DNA from: Sminthopsis crassicaudata
Lineage: Eukaryota
Length of the DNA stretch: 64,000 nucleotides
Assembly (NCBI RefSeq): GCF_048593235.1
Contig: NC_133621.1
Span: 49,405,148 to 49,469,147, forward strand
Direction of reading: 5' to 3'
The translations under genes and the position numbers were made by a program. Positions 1 to 11,800 of this stretch are shown here, piece by piece (position 1 is the first letter of the stretch; the number at the start of each line of letters is the position of its first letter). The notes below the pieces were generated by a model. That model had not been told where the DNA came from and ran no database searches. It saw nothing but the letters and a program-made list of their open reading frames with translations.

Positions 1-3000
1 AACCTCGAGGACCAGGAGGACAACATTCTTTCCGGGGATTTCATCCAATACCACCTGGAGAAACAACTCAAAAAAGTACAAAATTTTAATATTCCAAGTC
101 CCTCTTATATATTGTACTCTTGTCAAGGAGCAACAATGAGCAAGTGTCCAACCTCGAGGACCAGGAGGACAACATTCTTTCCGGGGATTTCATCCAATAC
201 CACCAGGAGAAACAACTCAAAAAAGTACAAAATTTTAATATTCCAAGTCCCTCTTATATATTGTACTCTTGTCAAGGAGCAACAATGAGCAAGTGTCCAA
301 CCTCGAGGACCAGGAGGACAACATTCTTTCCGGGGATTTCATCCAATACCACCTAGAGAAACAACTCAAAAATGTACAAAATTTTAATATTCCAAGTCCC
401 TCTTATATATTGTACTCTTGTCAAGGAGCAACAATGAGCAAGTGTCCAACCTCGAGGACCAGGAAAACAGGATTTTTTCAAATGACTTGGTCCAGAAGGA
501 GAAGAACCAATTCAAAATGGACTAAAGATTGATATTCCAAAGTCCCCCTCACATACTGTACTCTTGTCAAAGAGCAACAATGAGCAAGTGTCCAACCTTG
601 AGGACCAGGAAAACAGCATTATTTCCAATGACATGGCCCAGGAGTAGGAGAAGAACTAATTCAAAATAGACTAAAGATTGATGTTCCAAGTCCCCCTCAC
701 ACAGTGTACTCTTGTCAAAGAACAACAATGAGCAAGTGTCCAACCTCGAGGACCAGGAGGACAACATTCCGGGGATTTCATCCAATACCACCAGGAGAAA
801 CAACTCAAAAAAGTACAAAATTTTAATATTCCAAGTCCCACTTATATATTGTACTCTTGTCAAGGAGCAACAATGAGCAAGTGTCCAACCTCGAGGACCA
901 GGAGGACAACATTCTTTCCGGGGATTTGATCCAATACCACCTGGAGAAACAACTCAAAAATGTACAAAATTTTAATATTCCAAGTCCCTCTTATATATTG
1001 TACTCTTGTCAAGGAGCAACAATGAGCAAGTGTCCAACCTCGAGGACCAGGAGGACAACATTCTTTCCGGGGATTTCATCCAATACCACCTAGAGAAACA
1101 ACTCAAAAATGTACAAAATTTTAATATTCCAAGTCCCTCTTATATATTGTACTCTTGTCAAGGAGCAACAATGAGCAAGTGTCCAACCTCGAGGACCAGG
1201 AAAACAGGATTTTTTCAAATGACTTGGTCCAGAAGGAGAAGAACCAATTCAAAATGGACTAAAGATTGATATTCCAAAGTCCCCCTCACATACTGTACTC
1301 TTGTCAAAGAGCAACAATGAGCAAGTGTCCAACCTCGAGGACCAGGAAAACAGCATTATTTCCAATGACATGGCCCAGGAGTAGGAGAAGAACTAATTCA
1401 AAATAGACTAAAGATTGATGTTCCAAGTCCCCCTCACACAGTGTACTCTTGTCAAAGAACAACAATGAGCAAGTGTCCAACCTCGAGGACCAGGAGGACA
1501 ACATTCTTTCCGGAGATTTCATCCAATACCACCAGGAGAAACAACTCAAAAAAGTACAAAATTTTAATATTCCAAGTCCCTCTTATATATTGTACTCTTG
1601 TCAAGGAGCAACAATGAGCAAGTGTCCAACCTCGAGGACCAGGAGGACAACATTCTTTCCGGGGATTTGATCCAATACCACCTGGAGAAACAACTCAAAA
1701 ATGTACAAAATTTTAATATTCCAAGTCCCTCTTATATATTGTACTCTTGTCAAGGAGCAACAATGAGCAAGTGTCCAACCTCGAGGACCAGGAGGACAAC
1801 ATTCTTTCCGGGGATTTCATCCAATACCACCAGGAGAAACAACTCAAAAAAGTACAAAATTTTAATATTCCAAGTCCCTCTTATATATTGTACTCTTGTC
1901 AAGGAGCAACAATGAGCAAGTGTCCAACCTCGAGGACCAGGAGGACAACATTCTTTCCGGGGATTTCATCCAATACCACCTAGAGAAACAACTCAAAAAT
2001 GTACAAAATTTTAATATTCCAAGTCCCTCTTATATATTGTACTCTTGTCAAGGAGCAACAATGAGCAAGTGTCCAACCTCGAGGACCAGGAAAACAGGAT
2101 TTTTTCAAATGACTTGGTCCAGAAGGAGAAGAACCAATTCAAAATGGACTAAAGATTGATATTCCAAAGTCCCCCTCACATACTGTACTCTTGTCAAAGA
2201 GCAACAATGAGCAAGTGTCCAACCTCGAGGACCAGGAAAACAGCATTATTTCCAATGACATGGCCCAGGAGTAGGAGAAGAACTAATTCAAAATAGACTA
2301 AAGATTGATGTTCCAAGTCCCCCTCACACAGTGTACTCTTGTCAAGGAGCAACAATGAGCAAGTGTCCAACCTCGAGGACCAGGAGGACAACATTCTTTC
2401 CGGGGATTTCATCCAATACCACCTGGAGAAACAACTCAAAAAAGTACAAAATTTTAATATTCCAAGTCCCTCTTATATATTGTACTCTTGTCAAGGAGCA
2501 ACAATGAGCAAGTGTCCAACCTCGAGGACCAGGAGGACAACATTCTTTCCGGGGATTTCATCCAATACCACCAGGAGAAACAACTCAAAAAAGTACAAAA
2601 TTTTAATATTCCAAGTCCCTCTTATATATTGTACTCTTGTCAAGGAGCAACAATGAGCAAGTGTCCAACCTCGAGGACCAGGAGGACAACATTCTTTCCG
2701 GGGATTTCATCCAATACCACCTAGAGAAACAACTCAAAAATGTACAAAATTTTAATATTCCAAGTCCCTCTTATATATTGTACTCTTGTCAAGGAGCAAC
2801 AATGAGCAAGTGTCCAACCTCGAGGACCAGGAAAACAGGATTTTTTCAAATGACTTGGTCCAGAAGGAGAAGAACCAATTCAAAATGGACTAAAGATTGA
2901 TATTCCAAAGTCCCCCTCACATACTGTACTCTTGTCAAAGAGCAACAATGAGCAAGTGTCCAACCTCGAGGACCAGGAAAACAGCATTATTTCCAATGAC

Positions 3001-4240
3001 ATGGCCCAGGAGTAGGAGAAGAACTAATTCAAAATAGACTAAAGATTGATGTTCCAAGTCCCCCTCACACAGTGTACTCTTGTCAAAGAACAACAATGAG
3101 CAAGTGTCCAACCTCGAGGACCAGGAGGACAACATTCCGGGGATTTCATCCAATACCACCAGGAGAAACAACTCAAAAAAGTACAAAATTTTAATATTCC
3201 AAGTCCCACTTATATATTGTACTCTTGTCAAGGAGCAACAATGAGCAAGTGTCCAACCTCGAGGACCAGGAGGACAACATTCTTTCCGGGGATTTGATCC
3301 AATACCACCTGGAGAAACAACTCAAAAATGTACAAAATTTTAATATTCCAAGTCCCTCTTATATATTGTACTCTTGTCAAGGAGCAACAATGAGCAAGTG
3401 TCCAACCTCGAGGACCAGGAGGACAACATTCTTTCCGGGGATTTCATCCAATACCACCTAGAGAAACAACTCAAAAATGTACAAAATTTTAATATTCCAA
3501 GTCCCTCTTATATATTGTACTCTTGTCAAGGAGCAACAATGAGCAAGTGTCCAACCTCGAGGACCAGGAAAACAGGATTTTTTCAAATGACTTGGTCCAG
3601 AAGGAGAAGAACCAATTCAAAATGGACTAAAGATTGATATTCCAAAGTCCCCCTCACATACTGTACTCTTGTCAAAGAGCAACAATGAGCAAGTGTCCAA
3701 CCTCGAGGACCAGGAAAACAGCATTATTTCCAATGACATGGCCCAGGAGTAGGAGAAGAACTAATTCAAAATAGACTAAAGATTGATGTTCCAAGTCCCC
3801 CTCACACAGTGTACTCTTGTCAAAGAACAACAATGAGCAAGTGTCCAACCTCGAGGACCAGGAGGACAACATTCTTTCCGGAGATTTCATCCAATACCAC
3901 CAGGAGAAACAACTCAAAAAAGTACAAAATTTTAATATTCCAAGTCCCTCTTATATATTGTACTCTTGTCAAGGAGCAACAATGAGCAAGTGTCCAACCT
4001 CGAGGACCAGGAGGACAACATTCTTTCCGGGGATTTGATCCAATACCACCTGGAGAAACAACTCAAAAATGTACAAAATTTTAATATTCCAAGTCCCTCT
4101 TATATATTGTACTCTTGTCAAGGAGCAACAATGAGCAAGTGTCCAACCTCGAGGACCAGGAGGACAACATTCTTTCCGGGGATTTCATCCAATACCACCA
4201 GGAGAAACAACTCAAAAAAGTACAAAATTTTAATATTCCA
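1..4240. repeat. 2,368-bp 16-monomer higher-order repeat, ~1.8 copies visible
   Basis: ORF starts pair at exactly +2368 (120/2488, 269/2637, 857/3225, 1006/3374, 1449/3817, 1598/3966, 1747/4115). Private variants also recur at +2368: a 4-bp deletion near 765/3133 and a t>a change at 840/3208. Confidence 0.93.
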
Positions 4241-7200
4241 AATCCCTCTTATATATTGTACTCTTGTCAAGGAGCAACAATGAGCAAGTGTCCAACCTCG
4301 AGGACCAGGAAAACAGCATTATTTCCTATGACTTTGTCCATGAGGAGAAGAACCAATTCAAAATGGACTAAAGATTGATATTCCAAAGTCCCCCTCACAT
4401 ACTGTACTCTTGTCAAAGAGCAACAATGAGCAAGTGTCCAACCTCAAGGACCAGGAAAACAGCATTATTTCCAATGACTTGGCCCAGGAGTAGGAGAAGA
4501 ACCAATTCAAAATAGACTAAAGATTGATGTTCCAAGTCCCCCTCACACAGTGTACTCTTGTCAAAGAACAACAATGAGCAAGTGTCCAACCTCAAGGACC
4601 AGGAGGACAACATTCTTTCCGGGGATTTGATCCAATACCACCAGGAGAAACAACTCAAAAAAGTACAAAATTTTAATATTCCAAGTCCCTCTTATATATT
4701 GTACTCTTGTCAAAGAGCAATAATGAGCAAGTGTCCAACCTTGAGGATCAGGAAAACAGGATTTTTTCAAATGACTTGGCCCAGGAGGAGGAGAAGAACC
4801 AATTCAAAATGGACTAAAGATTGATATTCCAAAGTCCCCCTCACATACTGTACTCTTGTCAAAGAGCAACAATGAGCAAGTGTCCAACCTCGAGGACCAG
4901 GAGGACAACAATCTTTCCGGGGATTTGATCCAATACCACCAGGAGAAACAACTCAAAAAAGTACAAAATTTTAATATTCCAAGTCCCTGTTACATATTGT
5001 ACTCTTGTCAAGTAGCAACAATGAGCAAGTGTCCAACCTCGAGGACCAGGAGGACAACATTCTTTCCGGGGATTTCATCCAATACCACCAGGAGAAACAA
5101 CTCAAAAAAGTACAAAATTTTAATATTCCAAGTCCCTCTTATATATTGTACTCTTGTCAAGGAGCAACAATGAGCAAGTATCCAAACTCGAGGACCAGGG
5201 AAACAGCATTATTTCCTATGACTTTGTCAATGAGGAGAAGAATCAATTCAAAATGGACTAAAGATTGATATTCCAAAGTCCCCCTCACATACTGTACTCT
5301 TGTCAAAGAGCAACAATGAGCAAGTGTCCAACCTCGAGGACCAGGAAAACAGCATTATTTCCAATGACTTGGCCCAGGAGTAGGAGAAGAACCAATTCAA
5401 AATAGACTAAAGATTGATGTTCCAAGTCCCCCTCACACAGTGTACTCTTGTCAAAGAACAACAATGAGCAAGTGTCCAACCTCAAGGACCAGGAGGACAA
5501 CATTCTTTCCGGGGATTTGATCCAATACCACCAGGAGAAACAACTCAAAAATGTACAAAATTTTAATATTCCAAGTCCCTCTTATACATTGTACTCTTGT
5601 CAAAGAGCAACAATGAGTAAGTGTCCAACCTCGAGGACCAGGAGGACAACATTCTTTCCGGGGATTTGATCCAATACCACCAGGAGAAACAACTCAAAAA
5701 GTACAAGATTTTAATATTCCAAGTCCCTCTTATATATTGTACTCTTGTCAAGGAGCAACAATGAGCAAGTGTCAAACATCGAGGACCAGGAAAACAGCAT
5801 TATTTCCAATGACTTGGTCCAGGAGGAGGAAAAGAACTAATTCAAAATGGACTAAAGACTGATATTCCAAAGTCCCCCTCACATACTGTACTCTTGTCAA
5901 AGAGCAACAAGGAGCAAGTGTCCAACCGCGAGGACCAGGAAAACAGGATTTTTTCAAATGACTTGCCCCAGGAGGAGGAGAAGAAGCAATTCAAAATGGA
6001 CTAAAGATTGATATTCCAAAGTCCCCCTCACATACTGTACTCTTGTCAAAGAGCAATAATGAGCAAGTGTCCAACCTCGAGGACCAGGAGGACAACATTC
6101 TTTCCGGGGATTTGATTCAATACCACCAGGAGAAACAACTCAAAAATGTACAAAATTTTAATCTTCCAAGTCCCTCTTATATATTGTACTCTTGTCAAAG
6201 AGCAATAATGAGCAAGTGTCCAACCTTGAGGACCAGGAAAACACGATTTTTTCAAATGACTTGGCCCAGGAGGAGGAGAAGAACCAATTCAAAATGGACT
6301 AAAGATTGATATACCAAAGTCCCCCTCACATACTCTACTCTTGTCAAAGAGCAACAATGAGCAAGTGTCCAACCTCGAGGACCAGGAGGACAACATTCTT
6401 TCCGGGGATTTGATCCAATACCACCAGGAGAAACAACTCAAAAAAGTACACAATTTTAATATTCCAAGTCCCTCTTATATATTGTACTCTTGTCAAGGAG
6501 CAACAATGAGCAAGTGTCCAACCTCGAGGACCAGGAAAATAGGATTTTTTCAAATGACTTGGTCCAGGAGGAGGAGAAGAACCAATTCAAAATGGACTAA
6601 AGACTGATATTCCAAAGTCCCCCTCACATACTGTACTCTTGTCAAAGAGCAACAAGGAGCAAGTGTCCAACTGCGAGGACCAGGAAAACAGGATTTTTTC
6701 AAATGACTTGGCCCAGGAGGAGGAGAAGAACCAATTCAAAATGGACTAAAGATTGATATTCCAAAGTCCCCCTCACATACTGTACTCTTGTCAAGGAGCA
6801 ACAATGAGCAAGTGTCCAACCTCGAGGACCAGGAAAACAGGATTTTTTCAAATGACTTGCCCCAGGAGGAGGAGAAGAACCAATTCAAAATGGACTAAAT
6901 ATTGATATACCAAAGTCCCCCTCACATACTCTACTCTTGTCAAAGAGCAACAATGAGCAAGTGTCCAACCTTGAGGACCAGGAGGACAACATTCTTTCCG
7001 GGCATTTCATCCAATACCACCAGGAGAAACAACTCAAAAAAGTACACAATTTTAATATTCCAAGTCCCTCTTATATATTGTACTCTTGTCAAATAGCAAC
7101 AATGAGCAAGTTTCCAACCTCGAGGATCAGGAAAACAGGATTATTTCCAATGACTTGGTCCAGGAGGAGGAGAAGAACCAGGTCAAAATGGACTAAAGTG

Positions 7201-10200
7201 TGATATTCCAAAGTCCCCATCACAAATGTACTCTTTTCAAAGACCAACAATGAGGAAAGGTCGAACCTTGAGGACCAGGAAAACAGCATTATTTCCTATG
7301 ACTTTGTCCAGGAGGAGAAGAAGAAACAATTCAAAATGGACTAAAGACTGATATTCCAAAGTCTCCCTCACATACTGTACTCTTTTCAAAGACCAACAAT
7401 GAGGAAGGGTCGAACCTCGAGGACCAGGAAAACAGGATTATTTCCAATGACTTGGCCCAGGAGTAGGAGAAGAACCAATTCAAAATAGACTCAAGATTGA
7501 TATTCCAAGTGCCCCTCACATAGTGTACTCTTGTCAAAGAACAACAATGAGCAAGTGTCCAACCTCGAGGACCGGGAGGACAACATTCTTTCCGGGGATT
7601 TGATCCAATAGCACCAGGAGAACCAACTCAAAAAAGTACAAAATTTTAATATTCCAAGTCCCTCTTAAATATTGTACTCTTGTCAAAGAGCAACAATGAG
7701 CAAGTGTCCAACCTCGAGGACCAGGAAAACAGGATTTTTTCAAAAGACTTGGCCTAGGAGGAGGAGAAGAACCAATTCAAAATAGATCAAAGATTGATAT
7801 TCCAAAGTCCCCCTCACATACTGTACTCTTGTCAAAGAGCAACAATGAGCAAGTGTCCAAACTCGAGGACCAGGAGCACAACATTCTTTCCGTGGATTTG
7901 ATCCAATAGCACCAGGAGAACCAACTTAAAAAGTACAAAATTTTAATATTCCAAGTCCCTCTTAAATATTGTACTCTTGTCAAAGAGCAACAATGAGCAA
8001 GTGTCCAACCTCGATGACCAGGAAAACAGGATTTTTTTCAAATGACTTGGCCCAGGAGGAGGAGAAGAACCAATTCAAAATGGACTAAAGATTGATATTC
8101 CAAGGGGGATTGATATCCCCCTTACCAACTGTACTCTTGTCTGAGAGCAACAATGAGCAAGTGTCCAACCTCGAGGACCAGGAGAACAGCATTATTTCCT
8201 ATGACTTTGTCCATGAGGAGATGAACCAATTCAAAATGGACTAAAGTTTGATATTCCAAAGTCCCCCTCACATACTGTACTCTTGTCAAAGAGCAACAAT
8301 GAGCAAGTGTCCAACCTCGAGGACCAGGAAAACAGAATTTTTCCCATTGGCTTGGCCCACCAGGAGGAGAAGAACCAATTCAAAATAGACCAAAGATTGA
8401 TATTCCAAAGTCCCCCTCACATACTGTACTCTTGTCAAAGAGCAACAATGAGCAAGTGTCCAACCTCGAGGACCAGGAGGACAACATTCTTTCCGGGGAT
8501 TTCATCCAATACCACCAGGAGAAACAACTCAAAAAAGTACAAAATTTTAATATTCCAAGTCCCTCTTATATATTGTACTCTTGTCAAGGAGCAACAATGA
8601 GCAAGTGTCCAACCTCGAGGACCAGGAAAACAGTATTTTTTCAAATGACTTTGTCCAGGAGGACAAGAAGAACCAATTCAAAATGGACTAAAGATTAATA
8701 TTCCATAGTCCCCCTCACATACTCTACTCTTGTCAAAGAGCAACAATGAGCAAGTGTCCAACCTCGAGGACCAGGAGGACAACATTCTTTCTGGGGATTT
8801 GATCCAATAGCACCAGGAGAACCAGCTCAAACAAGTACAAAATTTTAATATTCCAAGTCCCTCTTATATATTGTACTCTTGTCAAATAGCAACAATGAGC
8901 AAGTGTCCAACCTCGAGGACCAGGAGGACAGCATTATTTCCAAGGACTTGGTCCAGGAGGAGGAGAAGAACCAATTCAAAATTGAGTAAAGATTGATATT
9001 CCAAAGTCCCCCTCACATACTGTACTCTTTTCAAAGAGCAACAATGAACAAGGGTCGAACCTTGAGGACCAGGAAAACAGGATTATTTCCAATGACTTGG
9101 CCCAGGAAGAGGAGATGAACCAATTCAAAATGGACTAAAGTTTGATATTCCAAAGTCCCCCTCACATACTGTGCTCTTGTCAAAGAGCAACGATGAGCAA
9201 GTGTCCAACCTCGAGGACCAGGAGAACAGCATTATTTCCAAGGACTTGATCCAGGATGAGAAAAAGAACCAAAGTTTGATATTCTAAGTCCCCCTCACAT
9301 ACTGTACTCTTGTCAAAGAGCAACAATGATCATGTGTCAGATCTCGAGGGCCAGGAGGACTGCATTCCTTCCAGGGATTTGGTCTAGAAGCAGCAGAACA
9401 ACCAATTCCAGAAGGAAGAATCAGTGATATTCCAAAGTCCCCCTCCTCATATTTTACTCTTGTCAAAGAGCAACAATGAGCATATTTCTGACCTGGAGGA
9501 CCAGTAGGACAGTATTCCTTCTCGGGCCTTCATCCAGGAGCAGCAGAAGAACCAATTCCAGAAGGAAGAATCAGTGATATTCCAAAGTCCCCCTCACATA
9601 TTATACTCTTGTCAAAGAGCAACAATGAGCAAGGGTTCGACCTTGAGGACCAGGAGGACAACCTTTCTTCCAAGGACTTGGTCCAGGAGCAGCAGAAGTA
9701 CCAATTCCAGAAGAACGAAACAATGATATTCAAAAGTCCCCCTCACCATACTGTTCTTTTGTCAAAGAGCAACAATGAGCAAGTGTCCAACTTCGAGGAC
9801 CAGGAGGACAACATTCTTTCCATGGATTTGGTCCAGGAGCAGCAGAAGAACCAATTCCAGAAGGAAGAATAACGATATTCCAAAGTCCTCCTCACATATT
9901 GTACTCTGTCAAAGAGCAACAATGAGCAAATGTCCAACCTCTAGGACCAGGAGCACAACATTTCTTCCAGGGACTTGGTCCAGGAGCAGCACAACAACCA
10001 ATTCCAGAAGAAAGAAGCAGTGATATTCCAAAATCCCCCTCACCATATTATACTCTTGTCAAAGGGTAATAATGAGCTAATATCTGACCTTGAGGACTAG
10101 GAGGACAGTATTCCTTCTGGGGACTTGGTCCAGTAGCAACAGAAGAACCAATTCCAGAACAAGTAAGCAGTGATATTCCGAAGTCCCCTTCACCATATTG

Positions 10201-10420
10201 TACTCTTGTCAAAGAGCAACAATGACCAAGTGTCTGACCTCGAGGACCAGGACAACAACATTCCTTCCGGAGACTTGGTCCAGGAGCAGCAGAAGAACCA
10301 ATTCCAGAAGGAGTCAAGATTGATATTCCAAAGTCCCTTTCACTATATTGTACTCTTGTCAAAGAGCAAAAATGAGCAAGGGTCTGATCTCAAGGACCAG
10401 GAGGACAGCATTCCTTCCAG
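1..10420. repeat. Tandem (satellite-like) array of ~146-150-bp monomers, about 70 copies in the window, truncated by the window start
   Basis: The anchor ttgtcaa(a/g)gagcaacaatgagcaagtgtccaacctcgaggaccagga recurs every 145-150 bp (120, 269, 418, 564, 712, 857, 1006 ...). The ORF track repeats near-identical peptides at the same spacing. Confidence 0.98.
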
Positions 10421-11023
10421 GTCAACAACACTGGAAAAGGACTTTAGGGCCCTATCTTGGCTGAGAAGTTTGGCTTTCACGTCTCCTCCTTTAACTCTGC
10501 AAGTTCCTTTTATACTGATGGGACCCTTAGCTCCTGTTTTCCCCAAGCATCATCAGAAAGCCACCCCAGATTGACTTGACAAAACTGATGGTGCTGCTCC
10601 GAAGAGGTCATCGAAAGTCCTTCCTGACCTGGACACAGAATCCAAGACATCCCCAGAGATTATCTCTGAACCCTGCTCCAGTTGGCCCCAGGGAGAAGGT
10701 TCTGGATCCCAAGAAGCCATCCCATTCTGTGCTATCAAAGTAGCCAATGCTTCTCCCAAAATGATTACTAAAGTCCATTGGGTGTGCAGCCCATAGAATC
10801 CAATATATCCCTTGTGATTGTCCCTGAACCCTACTCCAATTGGCCACAGGGAGGTGGATCTGGAGCCCAAGAAGCTACCTCAACCTATCCTGCCAAAACC
10901 AGTGCTCCTTCAAAGAGAACCACTAAAGTCCATAATGCCTTGGCCTCCCAATCTAAAACTACTCCCAAAGGCCCTAGGGAAAAAGTTCTGGACAACAAGG
11001 TCCATTTTGGGGCATTTTTTTAA
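10022..11023 (+). pseudogene. Decayed coding-like sequence: 50-aa acidic/Gln-rich repeats running into a unique Ser/Pro/Thr-rich region; product unknown
   Basis: The 134-aa ORF 10170-10574 spans two 150-bp monomers plus unique sequence. The same frame resumes after one TGA (LDKTDGAAPKRSSKVLPD...TKVHW) and, after a 1-nt shift, continues as ORF 10778-11023. Confidence 0.45.
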
Positions 11024-11029
11024 AATTCT

Positions 11030-11800
11030 CCTCTGGAGGATTCTAGAAAGATGATTCAAGAATAGACTGTAAAGTTCCAGTTCTCCCGATATGAGGGTTA
11101 TGAGGGACAGTAACCATGGACCCCTCCCAGAGGAAGACTGAGGGGGAAGACGAGGCTATCATAAATATCTCTCATCCAGATGGTTTTTCCTAGAATAAAT
11201 ATCAAAGAACATTTTCCCCCAATTCCTGCTTTTCTTTCCTCAAAGACCTAGGGGCAACAGGTGGAACAGTGTGGCCTTCAGGGAGTTTGATCTCCTTTAG
11301 CAAAAACGCTAGAGCTTTTTCAGTCTTACAAGGGGAGGTTTTTTGCCCAGTTCATACAGGGGTTAACAAACAACAAAAGTAGTTTGAAGCCCCTGCCAGG
11401 GGATACTGGGTAACAGATAAAGATATCATCTCCATACTTGTAATGTGCCTCATGGCTTCTGATTACAGAAATTTGCTATAAGAGGAAAATAGCAGGGACA
11501 TGATTATAATCAGTTAAAACCAATCCTTCAGGGCCTCAGCATGAGAGCACATACATGACAGGATAAAGCACTTTTAGCTCTGAGAACCAATAATGTAGTA
11601 ACAATTCCATCTCATAGCCAGACTCAGGAATAATCAGGTGAGAGACAAAGAAAACTGAGGAAAACTGAGAAGGATCCCACTTTGAGCAGAGCCCAAGGTT
11701 GTCCTCCCAGTCCTTGTCCAGGTAAGACATCTAGTTCAGGAAGGCATCCCTCTGAGTAACTTGAGGCATTCCCCCCAATTGATGGGTTACTGACTTCATG
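11030..11800 (-). pseudogene. pol: Highly decayed gamma-like (ERV1) pol remnant: RT and integrase fragments
   Basis: Manual minus-strand translation with frameshifts gives LTWTR (RT), LQ-YGDDIFIC (RT YxDD motif) and RGFK..LLFVNPCMNWAK.SPCKTEKALAFLLKEI (integrase core, cf. [26 protein letters not shown]), plus an LWEG-like IN C-terminal segment. Confidence 0.6.

Noticed and set aside
120-9466. Dozens of 60-105-aa ORFs (MSRSNNEQ..., MTRVQY...) as a multigene family
   Set aside because: They are by-products of the 146-149-bp monomers: mostly TTG starts, the frame shifts in every monomer, and a fixed stop (KEQQ*) caps their length.
10048-10362. Minus-strand 104-aa Cys/Gly/Pro-rich repeat ORF as the ancestral coding frame
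   Set aside because: It closes quickly in the unique flank (stops at ~10390 and ~10445) whereas the + frame continues. It is kept only as an alternative to test.
1-10420. CRISPR array or CENP-B-box centromeric satellite
   Set aside because: There are no unique spacers and the DNA is eukaryotic. The monomer CpG motifs do not fit the CENP-B box (TTCG-N4-A-N2-CGGG).
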